From positions 62,001 to 126,000 of the forward strand of contig JAAOMT010000708.1 of NCBI GenBank assembly GCA_016748015.1: DNA of 64,000 nt, read 5' to 3'. Below the pieces are notes generated by a model that ran no database searches, had not been told where the DNA came from, and was given only the letters and a program-made list of their open reading frames with translations. Below, piece by piece: positions 34,832 to 47,990 of the stretch (within the stretch, counting starts at the first letter, position 1; each line of letters opens with the position of its first letter). The stretch is from Geosiphon pyriformis uo1 (Eukaryota > Fungi > Glomeromycota). Position numbers and translations under genes: made by a program.

Positions 34832-36844
34832 ATTTTAAATTAATAATTACATTAATAATTACTTCTAAAAACATAATAAACAATTAATAATATTAATATA
34901 ATTAACTATAATTAAATAAATAAATAAAACTAAAAAGTAAAAGTTTTAATTATAATAATATAAACAATTTTTATAATATTTTATTATTATTATTATTATT
35001 ATTTTATGAGTAAAGCCCAAATGCTACTTAACATAATATATCAAATTAAGTAATTTAAACTAAGCACAAATTATATATTTCTATATATAACTAGCCACTT
35101 AAGCCAATTAGAGCAATATTATAAATCTATCTTAACAAAAACCACACAATTAGTACCAAAAAAAAAACTGCAAAGCTTATAAGAACCAAAACTAATGTCA
35201 TAAGTCTTTGCAATTTTAGGCAATCTAATAATATTATTAAATAGCAAAGACACAAGACTATGGATCTCAAAAGACACAAACTCATTATGTACAATTAGAT
35301 TTTTTTTCTCTATCAATATCCTATACTTAGTCTTTACCAATCACACATTAATCTAATAAATCATTTCCAAACCTTATATTAATTTGATAATCTTATTACT
35401 AACAGTTTTAACACAGCCAAAAACAGAAACAGCCTCTAAATATTATTCCTTAAACACAAAATCTTTGCACAATACAGTATACATAATATTGTCAAAAATA
35501 CACAAAGAAAACAATTGAAAAATACAGGATAATAACAAATTTAAGTCTAATACAGAACCTTGTAAATATCAAAATTTATTATGTATGTAAAAGAATAATT
35601 AAGAAGCTTAATCTCCCCATATTGTAAACACAATACACTTGAATATTTCTTATTATATAAGTGTTTTTGAACAAAAATTAATAAACAATAATGCAAAGCT
35701 TTTATAAAGTATGAGTGCAAATCAGTAGTAGATCTACTTATAAAGCTAAATGTCATATATAAGTTAGAATGCCAAACCAAAAAAGTCTGAACCTAATTCA
35801 TATTCTTAATTAAGTTCTTATAAATAACACTAAAATCAGACCCAACTTCTTAATAAGCACAATAAATAGTTTTAAACACATTACAAATAAAATATTGAAC
35901 ATTTTCAAACACTGTTATCTTATTAGCTTTAATGTATTTTTTCTTAACAAAAACAGAAAGTAACAAATTTGAACATAAAGCTAAGTCAGCTAGCACATTA
36001 GCACACTCATTATTCAAGACTTATAAATGGCCTTTAATTTTTGTCCAAAAAACAGCAAGCACTATTATGAGTAATTATTTGGAATGTTAAAACAAATAAC
36101 AAATCCATAATTTAGTGTTTAATAGCTGTAAATGTTGGTAATTTCTGAAGGTTTTGGTTGAGTTTTTTGTATAATGAACAGAGATTCAGTTGATGATTTT
36201 TTCTGTGAATTTTTTTTTTCTGGTTTATTTTAACAGTCATGCTTTTTTGGTAAGCTATTTTTAAGTTTTTTACTCTTGTTTCCAGGTTTTTTATCAGACT
36301 ATTTTTAACATTAATTACTTAATGTTTAATCTTTTTAATCAATTAGTAAACAACAAAAAAAATAAAAATAAAAAATAAAAAAAAAATAAGAAATTAGTAT
36401 TTTATTAATAGCTATAATTAAAAGTTATTAATCTAGTATGATTAAATATTGGATTTTATTAACATAGAGTGTTAATAGTATGGAATAGATTAATATTTCT
36501 TTAATCAAGTAATAATAGTATAGATTTAGGTAATAATAGATGTTTTATTAATATAAGTATAATTCTATTTTAAGTTATAAAAAACTATCTTTTAAAAAGA
36601 GAAATGTTGTTGTTTTGAACTAAATTGTCTGTCTTTTTTGCTTCTAACAATCTCACTATATATACATAATTCGTATTATATAAAATTTTTTAAATTTTTA
36701 AATTTTTTTTAAAAAAATTTTGGAATCCTATAATTCCTTGAGAGAAATTTTAGAATTTTTTTTTTATTATACTTATTTTTGATTGGCTATTTTATCTACT
36801 TATTATAATTTTTAATTTATATAAGTAATATTATTTTTTCTTTT

Positions 36845-37620
36845 TAATATTGAGCTTTATCAAAATTTATTAAATTTCTTAAATTTTCTTTTTGAATTAG
36901 TTTTATAACTTTTTTCTCAAGAATTGCTTTTGTAATTTTAATCTGCAATTTTTCAAATTGGATATTGGTTAATTTTTTCAGTTGGTTAATAGTTATTGTA
37001 CTTATTTCTGGGTGTAGCAGTATTTCTAGCCTGTTTTAAAATCTTATTTATAGTTGGTAGATGGCTCTTGTATATGTAAATAAATTGCTTTTTTTCATAA
37101 TTTGTTTGATTTGTTGTATTATAATTGAATCAAACATCTTTTTAGTCTTATTTGTATATAAGTTCTGAATGTTTAGTTTCTGTTTTAACTAATAATAACA
37201 AAAGTTTTTAGGAATTTGTTGTGTTTATTGATTTCAATTTTCTAAAACAAATTTTTTATTTGGTATTAATATTCTTGGAGTTTCCAATATCTTTTCCATT
37301 TTTCTTATTATTTTGTTTATTAAATTTCCAAAAGTATGATATTTGGAATATTGTTTTTTATTTTAAGATCTTTGAGTTACTTTCTTGTTTTTATATTGTA
37401 TTATTTGTTTGTTAATAGTAACTTTAAGACTTGATTTTTAATGTTGGATAAGTTGTAAAAGTTATTGTACAAGTAAGTGAATATTGTCAATAATTTTTAT
37501 TTTCATTATTATTGTTTTTATCACATATGCTGATTTTTTATATACTGTTTTGATCAATTAATTTAATGTATTTGTTTCAATAATTATAATTAATTCCAAA
37601 TTTTATGGAATTTTATCTGG
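36845..37620 (-). pseudogene. 3' accessory ORF remnant between integrase and PPT of B4
   Basis: LYTNKTKKMFD...RAIYQL...LLHPEISTITINQL..LTNIQFE...FDKAQY* aligns to A1 7819-8130. Confidence 0.7.
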
Positions 37621-38263
37621 TTTAATTAGTATTTATTGTATTCCCAATTGTAAAATATTACTGGTAAATAATAATGCTATATTGTAATATGATTTCAGTC
37701 AATTATTATGTGCTGTTTTGGTTAAGATTTTATTGTTCTATCTTAATTTATATGCTCTATTTTCCAAAATTTTTTCAATATAAAATAGACTATCACATTT
37801 GGAATCAAATTTTCACTTCATTGTTTTTCTGCTTTGGTATAATGTAAAAGTATTTTGTCTTTGATCCTAAATTTAATTGGTTTATTTAATAACTAGTTAT
37901 TATGTTGTTTTTTTTGTTTTGTTTGTGATTTTTGTATGTTATTAACAGCTTTTCATTTTTTATTCTCTAGAGTTTTTATTAAATCATATGTTCTTTTTAG
38001 CAATGTTTTTTGAAAGTTGGCTTTTGTTATTAGTTCAGTTAGATATGTATTAATATCTATTTTAACTAATAGCTGTTCTATTATAATTTAATTTAAATAA
38101 TGTTGTTTATATAGTATTTTGCTTTATTGTCTAATAAGTAAATAATATTAATAGTATAAAAAAATTTCATTTGTTCTGGTTTTTTTGGTTAATTTTGGCT
38201 ATTATTTTACATAATGTTTTGTTAAACTTTTTAACTAAATCATTGGTTTATAGATAATATAGT

Positions 38264-41200
38264 AAAAAAACTTCTCTCTTTCCTTTGTCCCAAATTCCTA
38301 AAAAAGAGTCAAAATTTTGAAAGAAGTTTTTCTGTTTTTTATATACTGTTTTCCACTATTTCACAAGAAACAAATCCTTTCGTTGTTGGTCCAGCTGCCA
38401 CTATGAGTGGCCCTAGTGTTAAGATAAGGTCAGCCAGAGTTTCGACCACTGGTTCGGTTGATGATAATTCAAGTCATAAAATCAAGAAACCTTCTGGTGG
38501 TGCTAAGCTCTTAGGTAGTGGTGCAACTTTCAAAAGTGGTGGATCTGGTCGTGTGGTTGGACAGTTTAATAGCATGGATACTAATGGAGAAGCTTCTGAA
38601 GGTGAAGAAGTACCTGATTCCAAAATGAATATGCCTTAAGCCAAGCATTTCAATAATAGTGCAACTGTTGGATCCCCTCTCGGCTCTATTTATTATAACA
38701 TAGAGAAAGAAGAGGAAGTTTCCCTTCCCCCCCATATGTCTTTTTCATTGGATAAGGTGTGGGTGGATCCCAAAATCATTAAAACTCAAGTGGAAGTGGC
38801 CATGAAAAAATCATTCACTTTGGACATTAATCTTTCAGCTGTAGAAAAAAAATCGGCAACAGCCAAAACTCAGGTCATAAGAAAATTATTTTCAGGAATC
38901 AATGGTTTTGGGGGGGCCATTACCCCCTCAAAATTTGAAGGGATCATTCGATCAATGTTTACTTCATCTGAGAGCATGGAAAAGGCCGAGTCATTGGCCA
39001 GAGCAAATAACATCATAGTAAACAACAATCTTAAGAGACAAGGAGTTTGCTCAGATCGAGCCATAGTCATCAAGGAAATTTCCATGAATATGCCAAAAGG
39101 AAATGATTGTCGCCACAGTATCCGAGTTTGGTCAAGTAGTGTCAATCCGATTGCAACTCATTGGGCTGTGGCAGAAGACTGTGGTGGAGTTTGCCAAATC
39201 AAGTCAGACAGATTAGTTGGCTGTTAAGTGGTTATTCTTAATCAGAAAAAATTCGGTGCGTGTGGCCAAAGCTGTGGGAGATCGTGAGACATGAGCATTT
39301 AGGGATTGGTATAAAGCACTTTTGTTTACTTTGCTGGTGGGAACAATGGCTCATAATCTTGGTGATTTTCTGGTAGGTGCTGGTGGGAAGACTTGTATCA
39401 TAAATCGATTGTTGGACACTGGTAATAGAGTTTGTTGTGCTGTTGTTTGTTTTAAAAATAACAAAACATTGGAGTCTGTATTTTGTATGGAGCTTATTTT
39501 TGGTAGGGTGAAACTTTCTTGGGCTAGATTAGACCTAGTTCGGTGTGATAGGTGTGAGAAGTTTGGTCATTTGGTTTTGGAGTGTGATGATGAGATTACT
39601 TTCATTCCCAAGCCTCCGAAACTATTTATGAAATGGGTCACTTTGGATGAGAATCACCTCCAACTAGCCAAGTTGTACACAAAAAAGAGTGTTCCTATCT
39701 CTCACCCAGCTGTCTTTGGCGGTAAATCGTGGGCTCAGGTTATTTTTTCTGCGTCTGTGTCTTCTGGTTTTTCTATTGGCTTGGGTTTGAGTCTCTCTTC
39801 CTCTAATGGTTCAGGCTCTGGTAGTTCATCTCCTCCTACTCTCGCTCTTGACTCTGCTTTGGATGAGCAGTTGTTGTCTTTGAAATAATCTTTGGGGCTT
39901 CTGTTGAATCAAGTGTCATGCATAATAAAATGATTGGATGGTGCCAAGTTGGTGCCTTTGGTGCCTGTTTTGGATGAAATCCTTACTGTGTCTAATTTTC
40001 AATCTTTTGCTTCGGTTCCGTCTGTGGTTGCATTTTCGAATTCCCCTTCTGATATGGTCTTGGATGACCCTGATGGTCTTTCTGATACTCCCCTTCTCAC
40101 TGCTACTGACAGTCTGATTCTTGGCTTGAGCAGCTCTAAAGTCCTAACTTCCAAGTTGGGTGGTCTCGAATCTAAATTTGTAGCTCTGGAGGTGTCAGTA
40201 AATTCCATTTTGGTGAGATTAGATCAATTGTTTGCTGGCTCAGTGTTATCATTGTTCCTTAATCCTCAATGATTAGTTTTGTGTAGAAAATAGCTACATG
40301 CAATATTAGAGGAATGAACAATCCTGCCAAGCAGGCTGACATTATTTGTTAGCATATGAGCATAAACAATATGGTTTTAATAATTACAGAAACGAAGTTA
40401 AAGGGTAAAGTTTGTCTGTGGATTGCTGATAAGTTTGCTGGTGTTTGAGTTTTTATTTCTGGTTTGGATTCGGGTCATCTTGGTTCAGATGTGGCTATTG
40501 TTATGAACACTGCTCTGGTCAGACATGTGTGTGAAGTCTCCGAAGTCTCTGGCTGTCTTCTTTCTGTCAGGTTACTTTTTAAAAATAAACTCTTGGTTTC
40601 TATTTTGGGTCTGTATGCTAATGCATCAGCTTCGGTGTGTTTCTCTTAGGCCAATGACGTGAATGCTTTGATCGCTAGGGCTGTAAATGAATTCTCTTTT
40701 GTAGTCTTGGATGGTGACTTCAATGAAGATGGTTCGCATAGAAGTGCCAGTTTCAAAAAGTGTGGTAGCTTAGATTTGGTCAATTCTCTTGTCGGTAGTC
40801 AGTTTTTAAAGGTTCTAACATGGAGTAATTCCTGAGGTGTGACAAGGACAATTGATTATTTTTTTGTGTCTCCCAGCTTGATCAATGCTATTGTGGGTCA
40901 TGATGTTTTGAATGTGGTTGATTTCTTTGATACTAACCACCAAGCCGTCTCAGCGTCAATTAGTTTGGGTGGTCTTTTGGATACACATTTGTGTTCTGTC
41001 TACAAGCAGGCCAATAGGGATCATTGGAAATACAATTTCAAGGATGCTGATGTTGTCTTATGATTGAAATTCAAGGATGTCACAGCGGTAAATGCTGTCA
41101 TGTTCTTTGATGAATTCATGGCTGCCAGACAACTGTTGGATTTGGATGCGATGTGGAATGCTGTTTGCAAGACAATGTGCTTTTCGGCAGATGAAGTTTT

Positions 41201-44200
41201 CAAAAAGAATTGGTTTAAGGATTATGATGGCATTTTCACTAAGAGTTTGTCCAAGTTCCACAAGTTAGAACTTTTAGTGTTCAAATTGGTCAAGGCATCC
41301 TGTTCTGTTAATTGTGATGAGTTCATATTGCTGCTCAATACTTGGATTTCGCTTGATTCTTCTAATGCTGCTATAGTGAGATCTCTTTTTCTTTCAGGGT
41401 CCCCTTTTGACATCATTCATTCAGCTCTGTTTAAAGCCAGGAAATCTTATCATGCTTCGAAGTTATCAGAATCAAAATGTGCTGAAGACTCACAAATCAG
41501 ATCTGCCATTGATAAGAGGATAAAAAGCTTTGAATCCTACAAGGGTCATACTATTAGAAGTGTTTTGGAAAGGCCCTTTTGTAGGGTGGTTTTGGATTAT
41601 TTGGTCATTGGTGATGAGCTATATTTGGAATCTGATCCTGTTAAAACTAAGATGGATGAGATTATGAAGAGGTAGACTTGTACACGTGAAGTGGTTCTTG
41701 ATATTCCAGGAGATTGGTCTTGCCAATATCAGTCTTTGAAATACATTTTTGATGGTGCTTTTTCAGATGTTATGAGCTGTGTCAGCTTTGTTGAAATGTT
41801 TGACGTGGTCTCTAGTTTACTTAACAGGAAGGCTGCTGGTCTTTCGGGCATTTCCAATGAACTTTGGAAGCATTGTGACAAATCTGTTCTTAATATGCTT
41901 TTGGTGCTTATTAATTCTTGTCTCTGTGATAAATCAGTGCCCAGTGCTTAGAAGGATGTCTGAGTATCAATGATTCCCAAACCTTATGAATGGGAGGGCG
42001 TGCTCATGAACACTCGTCCTATTGCTCTGATTGAAACAGCTCGGAAAATCCTTTCCAAGATTCTCTCTGATAGAATTTCTTTGACATATAACAAGTTTGA
42101 CATTCTTCATGAGGACAATTTTTTGGTTCTCAAAGGCACTATGACTCAGTCTCCCATTTTTGCAATTGGTTCGGTGATTGAGGATGCTCTTGAAAAAAAC
42201 CGGGAGCTCTGGCTGGTTTTGCAGGACATGAGAAAAGCATATGACTCGGTTGATTGGGAACACCTTAAGAAAAATTTGGTTAGAATAAAAATGTGCAGCA
42301 AATTTATTAGGTTTTTTGGGGATATTCATGGTGGTCATACCAACTGAGTCATGACTGATTTTGGATTGACAAAGGGTTATCATGTACACAATGGCTTAGA
42401 CCAAAGGGAGGTGTTTTCACCACTTCTTTGACATATTTTTTATGATTCTCTCTTGTGCAAAGTTAAGAGGTAGGAGAGTATGTATAGTTATAGATTAATT
42501 TCTCGTTTTGTTACTAAAACAGGCAGTATAAAGTCTCAGACTAGATTGTCATCCTTTTTCACTGCTGGCGCTTTTGTGAATGATATGATCTGGGTGGGTA
42601 GCAGTCAGGCTGCTACTCAGCACATTCTTAATATTGCTAGTGAATTTTTCCACATCAATGATATTTCTATTAATAATGATAAGACTATAGCCATTCCGAT
42701 TAATTGCCGTACCAGAGCTCCTTCTCTTTTCATCAGTGAGTTCCCCATTTCTATAGCTAAATCAAGTGAATTGCATCATTACCTGGGTATCTTTTTGTCA
42801 TTTGAGGGACTGTCGAAGCCCAGTCTGGCAAAAGCGCATTCAGATGTTTGTTTTTTTACCAACTTGGTTCTGAGGAAGGCTGTGTCAGACAAACAATTTC
42901 TATATTTGGTATCAGCTGTTCTTCACCCTATTATCGGTTATAGGACTCAATTTAGTTTTGTTTCTGTCAGTGTGTGTAACAAGTTGAATTCTTTGGTTTG
43001 TAAAGGCTTGAAGTCCAAGTCTGGATTGCCCTTTAATTTTTCTAACAACACGATCCACCATCCTTCTTTCTATGGTTTGAAATCTTTTGCCCAAATTCAA
43101 TCAGAGAGTAAAGTCACTTCCCTTATTAGTTTTGCAAACTCAACTAGAATCCTGGGTTACCTATTCTCCCACAGGTCTCACAATTTACAAGTTTTGTGCT
43201 GGCATCCAGTGCATTCTTTGAGTGTTCTTGTTCGTGTTTGAGTCAGTTCTTTGAATAATTTCTTGGCAGGTGTTGTTCATATTTTCCTCAATGGCAATTT
43301 ATCTTTGAGTGGTTTTTTTGATAGTTTATTTTGGCTTCGTGGTGGAGTACCCATGTCTGACATTCTCGGCGAGTCTAGATTTGTCAAGTTTCTTCTTTCA
43401 CTCTGGTGATATGGCATTGTCTTTGTTAATCAACTCCGCGATTGTCATGGTGCAGTGTTTGACTGGTACAAATTCAAGTGGTGGAAAAGATTGGACCCCC
43501 ATGGCCTGACTTTTGAGTGGTTTGTGCTTTCTATCAAGTTCCTTCTTGATACATTGTCTTCTCATGCCCTCTCTCCCACTTTGGTTGATGTGGGTCTTCA
43601 GAGTGTTCTTGTATCTCCTGGCTTTATGTTGGTTCGTAATCAGCTCTCCCGAATTTCTCATGATGACATTTCTGTTTATATGGATGGATCTCTAACAAAC
43701 CTTGGTACCAGAAATTGCACAGCTGGGACTGGGGTTTTTTTTAGTAACATTGATCTGGGTTTGGACATTGGTGTGTTGGGTTTGTTATCTTCTACTTTGG
43801 CAGAAATGCAAGCTATTGCACTAGCACTGGAGTGTGTCCCCTCTTCTAGTTCTGTTCGTCTGTTTTCTGATAGTCAAGCTGCTTTGAATGCCTGTAAGTC
43901 TGAATTAGGTCTGGTGTGTCTGGATTTTCGCAATCTTTGTTGGGTAGAACGCCAGCTTATTGTGAACACTATTCGTGACAGGAATTTGATGGTGGAATGG
44001 CACAAGGTGAAGGTTCACTTCGGTGTGATTGGAAATGAATGAGCTGATGCTATTGTCAGAGCTTCTTCTCACTCTGGCTGGTTCCTTCCTTCACATTTGA
44101 ATGCATGCTTCTTGTTAGCAAACAGTTGTGCCGTTTTTGGCAATTCTAAACATTTTGTTTGCGATATTTTTTGTTTCATTTGTCGTGCACACTGAGAAAT

Positions 44201-45110
44201 TGGCTCTGGTTCTAAATTTTTGTTTACCAGCTTGCTTGTGGACATTGATTGGCTCTACTCCTCATTGGTATGGCATCCTGATTCACATATGGCTGCTGGC
44301 CACACTAGCAAGCCCACAGCAGATGCACACACTTTTTTCATGAAGGCATTGCACCACCAGCTGCCTGTTGTGGTTAGAAAACACCTGTATGACAGATAGT
44401 ACCCTAGTGTTTTGTGCTTATATTGTGACAAGATGGAAACATCGGATCATGTTTTTTCTTGCGAAATTGATAAGTCTGTGCATCTCCAGATACTGAATAC
44501 ACGTTTTAAATCTTGGGTGAAGCTTTTTGGCCTATTTCTCTTTTCTTCCTGCGTGCTGCAATTGTTGTCTTCTTGTGCCTCTAATGTTTCTGTGTCTATG
44601 GCTCTCTTTAAAGAGTTTGTTTTTAGTGATTGGTCTCGAGAGGCTGTTAATGTTTTTAAGACCCCAAAAGTTGCTAATTTGAATATTGTTGAGTTTGTGC
44701 GCTCCCTTGGTCTCGCTTTTAAGAGTGATATTTGGTTGGTTCGGGCAAAATATTGTGCATTTATGGAAAGAAATAATCTTATTCCACTTGATGGCTCATT
44801 TCCTATCTCAGTCCTTGGTTTGGCTTCTAGGATCTCAGCTGGTGTGGTTAGGCTACTTGGTGTGGTTGAGGCTTGTGGTGTTCGTTTTGGCTTTCATAAA
44901 CATTGTTCTTTCTTTTTTGGTATTGGTAACTCTGTTTCGGTTCATATAGCTGCATAGTGTTGTCCTAATTGGCCTAAGTGGCTGGTCACATGTAGAAAGA
45001 GCATGATTTACACTTAGTTTATGTCATTTTTTTGATGTATAGCTCTAGGTAGTGTTTGGACCTCACTCATAAAACGTTAATAAAAAAAAATATATATATA
45101 ATAATAATAA
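38264..45110 (+). mobile_element. Full-length LINE copy L-d (ORF1 38403-40272; ORF2 40269-44957), least decayed LINE
   Basis: CDRCEKFGHLVLEC; RPIALIETARK, LQDMRKAYDSV, GLDQREVFSPLL, AFVND; YMDGS...AEMQAI...SDSQ...WHKVK; CLYCDKMETSDHVFSC; 3' UTR and A/TAA tail. Confidence 0.95.
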
Positions 45111-47559
45111 TAGTCTCTTAATTCCAAATTTTTGACTTAATTTTGTTAATATTTTGTTTACAAAGTGAGTTTTTTGGTTTGATAACAATTTTTTTAAACA
45201 TCTATGTTGACAAATCAAATTTTAGTATATAAATTCAACAATAGATTCTGTATCTGCTCTTTAAATTGCTTAGCTTTTGGCTATTTTGTAAAATAGTTTA
45301 TAACTACTACTATATATTGAATTTTTTTACTGATTATTGTTAATAATTTAACTAAGTTAATTCCAATTTGATCAAATAGTTGTTTTATTTTAATTGGTCT
45401 TAGTGGTTTACTGAATCTTGTTTCTTTTTTTCTCTAATAAGTATTACAACTTTGAATATATTAAATAATATTTAGATATATTAATAGCCAGTAATATTTT
45501 TTTCTGGTTTTTTTCATAATTGCTTCTTTATAAAAATATTTTGTAGTTAAATCTAAGTATATGTTGAACAGTATTGTTTTTTTTTTAGTTCTGTAATTAT
45601 TCTAAGTAACTGGTCTTGATTTTTTCTGTTTTTTTAATATAGTATATTTTGGTAAATGATAAAATATTTTGATTGTTGTTTTATGTTCTTTTGTTTTTTT
45701 TGAGATAATTTCTTCTTAAACTGTTAAGTATTAATGTAATGTTGGAGTTATTGGTATTTTTGTGTTCATTTTTTGTTATATTTTTGGGTTGAAATGTTTT
45801 TAAATTTGTTTTATTTGTAACAATTTATTAATATTTCTATTTTTTTTTTTTTTTTATAATGTACTGTATAATTAAATAATGAGAGTTCTATTTTTTATCT
45901 AACATGACAATTTTCTCCAAATTTTTGCTTTCAGATTAATGTCAATCTTTTATAATTAGTATATACCTCAAACTTTTGACTTAAATATTTTTTTTATTTT
46001 ATAACAGCCTAATAATAGTTAAGTATTTCAATACTAATATGTTATAGTTCTTTTTGGTTAATATATACTACTAAATGTTCTCATCTATTTGCTTCTTTTT
46101 GTAATAGTGCAGCTTTTAATGCTTGGTCTAATGCATTAATAGTAATAATAAATAGTTTGTTATAATTTAAATAAATCAATACTAGAGCTTGAATAAGTTT
46201 TTTTTGCAATATGTTGAAAGTTTTTTGTTGGTTTCTAGTTTATTTGTATTTAATATTCTTAACTTGGAGCTGGTAGAATGGTTGAACCAATTTGGAAAAA
46301 TTTTAAATAAAACACAATAGTATTTAGCAAATCCCAAAAATGCTTTTAGTTCTGTTAAGTTTGTTTATACTGAAAAATTCTTAACTATTTCGATTTTGTT
46401 TGTATCTGTTTTAATGTCATTTTTGCTTATAACATGTTCTAAAAACTTGAATTTAATTTTTCCAAAAAAATATTTAGTTGTATTCAGCTTCAATCCAGCT
46501 TTTTTTAATTTTTTAAACACTTATTAAAGATAGTAAAAATAATTATCAAATGTTTTAAAGAACACATTGGTGTTATTTAAGTAGACTATTATTGATTTTC
46601 ATAATAATTCAGTATACACAATTTTTATTAGCCATTAGTTAAGCCAAAAGACATAACATCAAATTCAAAGTTCTTTTATTTAATAGTAAATACTATCTTT
46701 TTCTTATTAGCTAAATTTATAACTACTTGTTAATAATCACTATCTAAATCTAATGTGGAGAACTATTTCTTTCTTTTAAAAACATTAAATAATTCTTAAA
46801 TCTATAGAGTTGAATAGTTGTTTCTATGAGTAATACTGTTGAGTTTTCTATAATCCACACAAAAACAGATCTTTTTATTCTTTTTTCAGACAAGTAATAC
46901 TAGTGATAATTATGAACTTATTGATAGTTAAATTAATTTATTGTCTAATATTTAGTTGATTTCTTGACAAATAATTTTATGGTATTCAATATGTTTTTTG
47001 TTTTATTGATATTGTATTTTCAGTTTTAATCTGGTATTGAATAATATCAGTTTTGTCAAATTTGTTTTCATTTGCAAAGATGTTAGTAAAATTGTTAAGT
47101 AGTATTTTGAGTTACATATATTAGAGTGAATCTAAGTTTTTCAAGTTTATTTGCTTTAACTAGTTTGGTTATAACAAATAATATTTTTCTTGTCCATATA
47201 TTGTTTGTGATATAATATCCACATATCTATACAGTTGTAAAAAGTTTAGAATAATAATTAGTGGTTGGTTTTTAACTTTAGTGCTTAAATATTTAATAGT
47301 GGTTCTAATTAATATTTCTATGGGGTTTTCAATTGTATTATATATTGAAATTTTAAGGTGTTTGTAGTTTTTGGTTGGTATGTATAGATTGGTAATGTCA
47401 ATCTCTCTAAAATTACAAATAGTGACTTTTACTTCAAAAATCTGTGGTTGATTTTTTATTTTTTTCTCTATAACTAATATATACTAATTATACTAATTAT
47501 ATAATGAAATAGAAATTAATTAATGAGTAAAGATAATTTTTTTTTATTAATTGTTTTTT

Positions 47560-47990
47560 CCTCTATTATATTAACTGGTATTTCTATTCTATTTGTAAAT
47601 CTGAATTTATTTTTCCTTTTTGCTGTAAATTTTAACTTTTTTTTTGTTTTTATTAATACTAATTGAACTATTTTTACTAAAGATAAGAATATTGCCTGTG
47701 TTATTTTTTTATTTGATTTAATTGTATATGATTTTTCTGATTTGTTTTGTAGTATTACAATAATATTTCTTACATATTCTGTATTAATTATTTTTTCTCT
47801 AATATTAATCTTTTTTTCTACTAAACTAAATCTAAACACTAATTATACTATTATAGTTGTCAGAATTTACAGTACTATTTTTAAATCAATACTGGTACAT
47901 GAATAAAGTTTTAATCTGATAACAGTTTTTCCTAAATATTTGAAATCAAACTTTGCATTAATATTATGCACTTATTCTAATATGATACTT
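47560..47990 (-). pseudogene. Complete but hypermutated dUTPase domain of B4
   Basis: RFSLVEKKINIREKIINTEYVRNI...KKITQAIF...TAKRKNKFRFT, i.e. motifs II-V with G>A/C>T changes. Confidence 0.82.

Noticed and set aside
36845-37690. Chromodomain or env gene after integrase
   Set aside because: No chromodomain aromatic motif, signal peptide, furin site or TM segment recognisable.
44955-45075. Hammerhead or HDV ribozyme in the LINE 3' UTR
   Set aside because: No CTGANGA...GAAA core or HDV pseudoknot identifiable.
38250-45115. TSDs for LINEs L-c, L-d and L-e
   Set aside because: Flanks are AT-rich and mutated; no unambiguous duplication.
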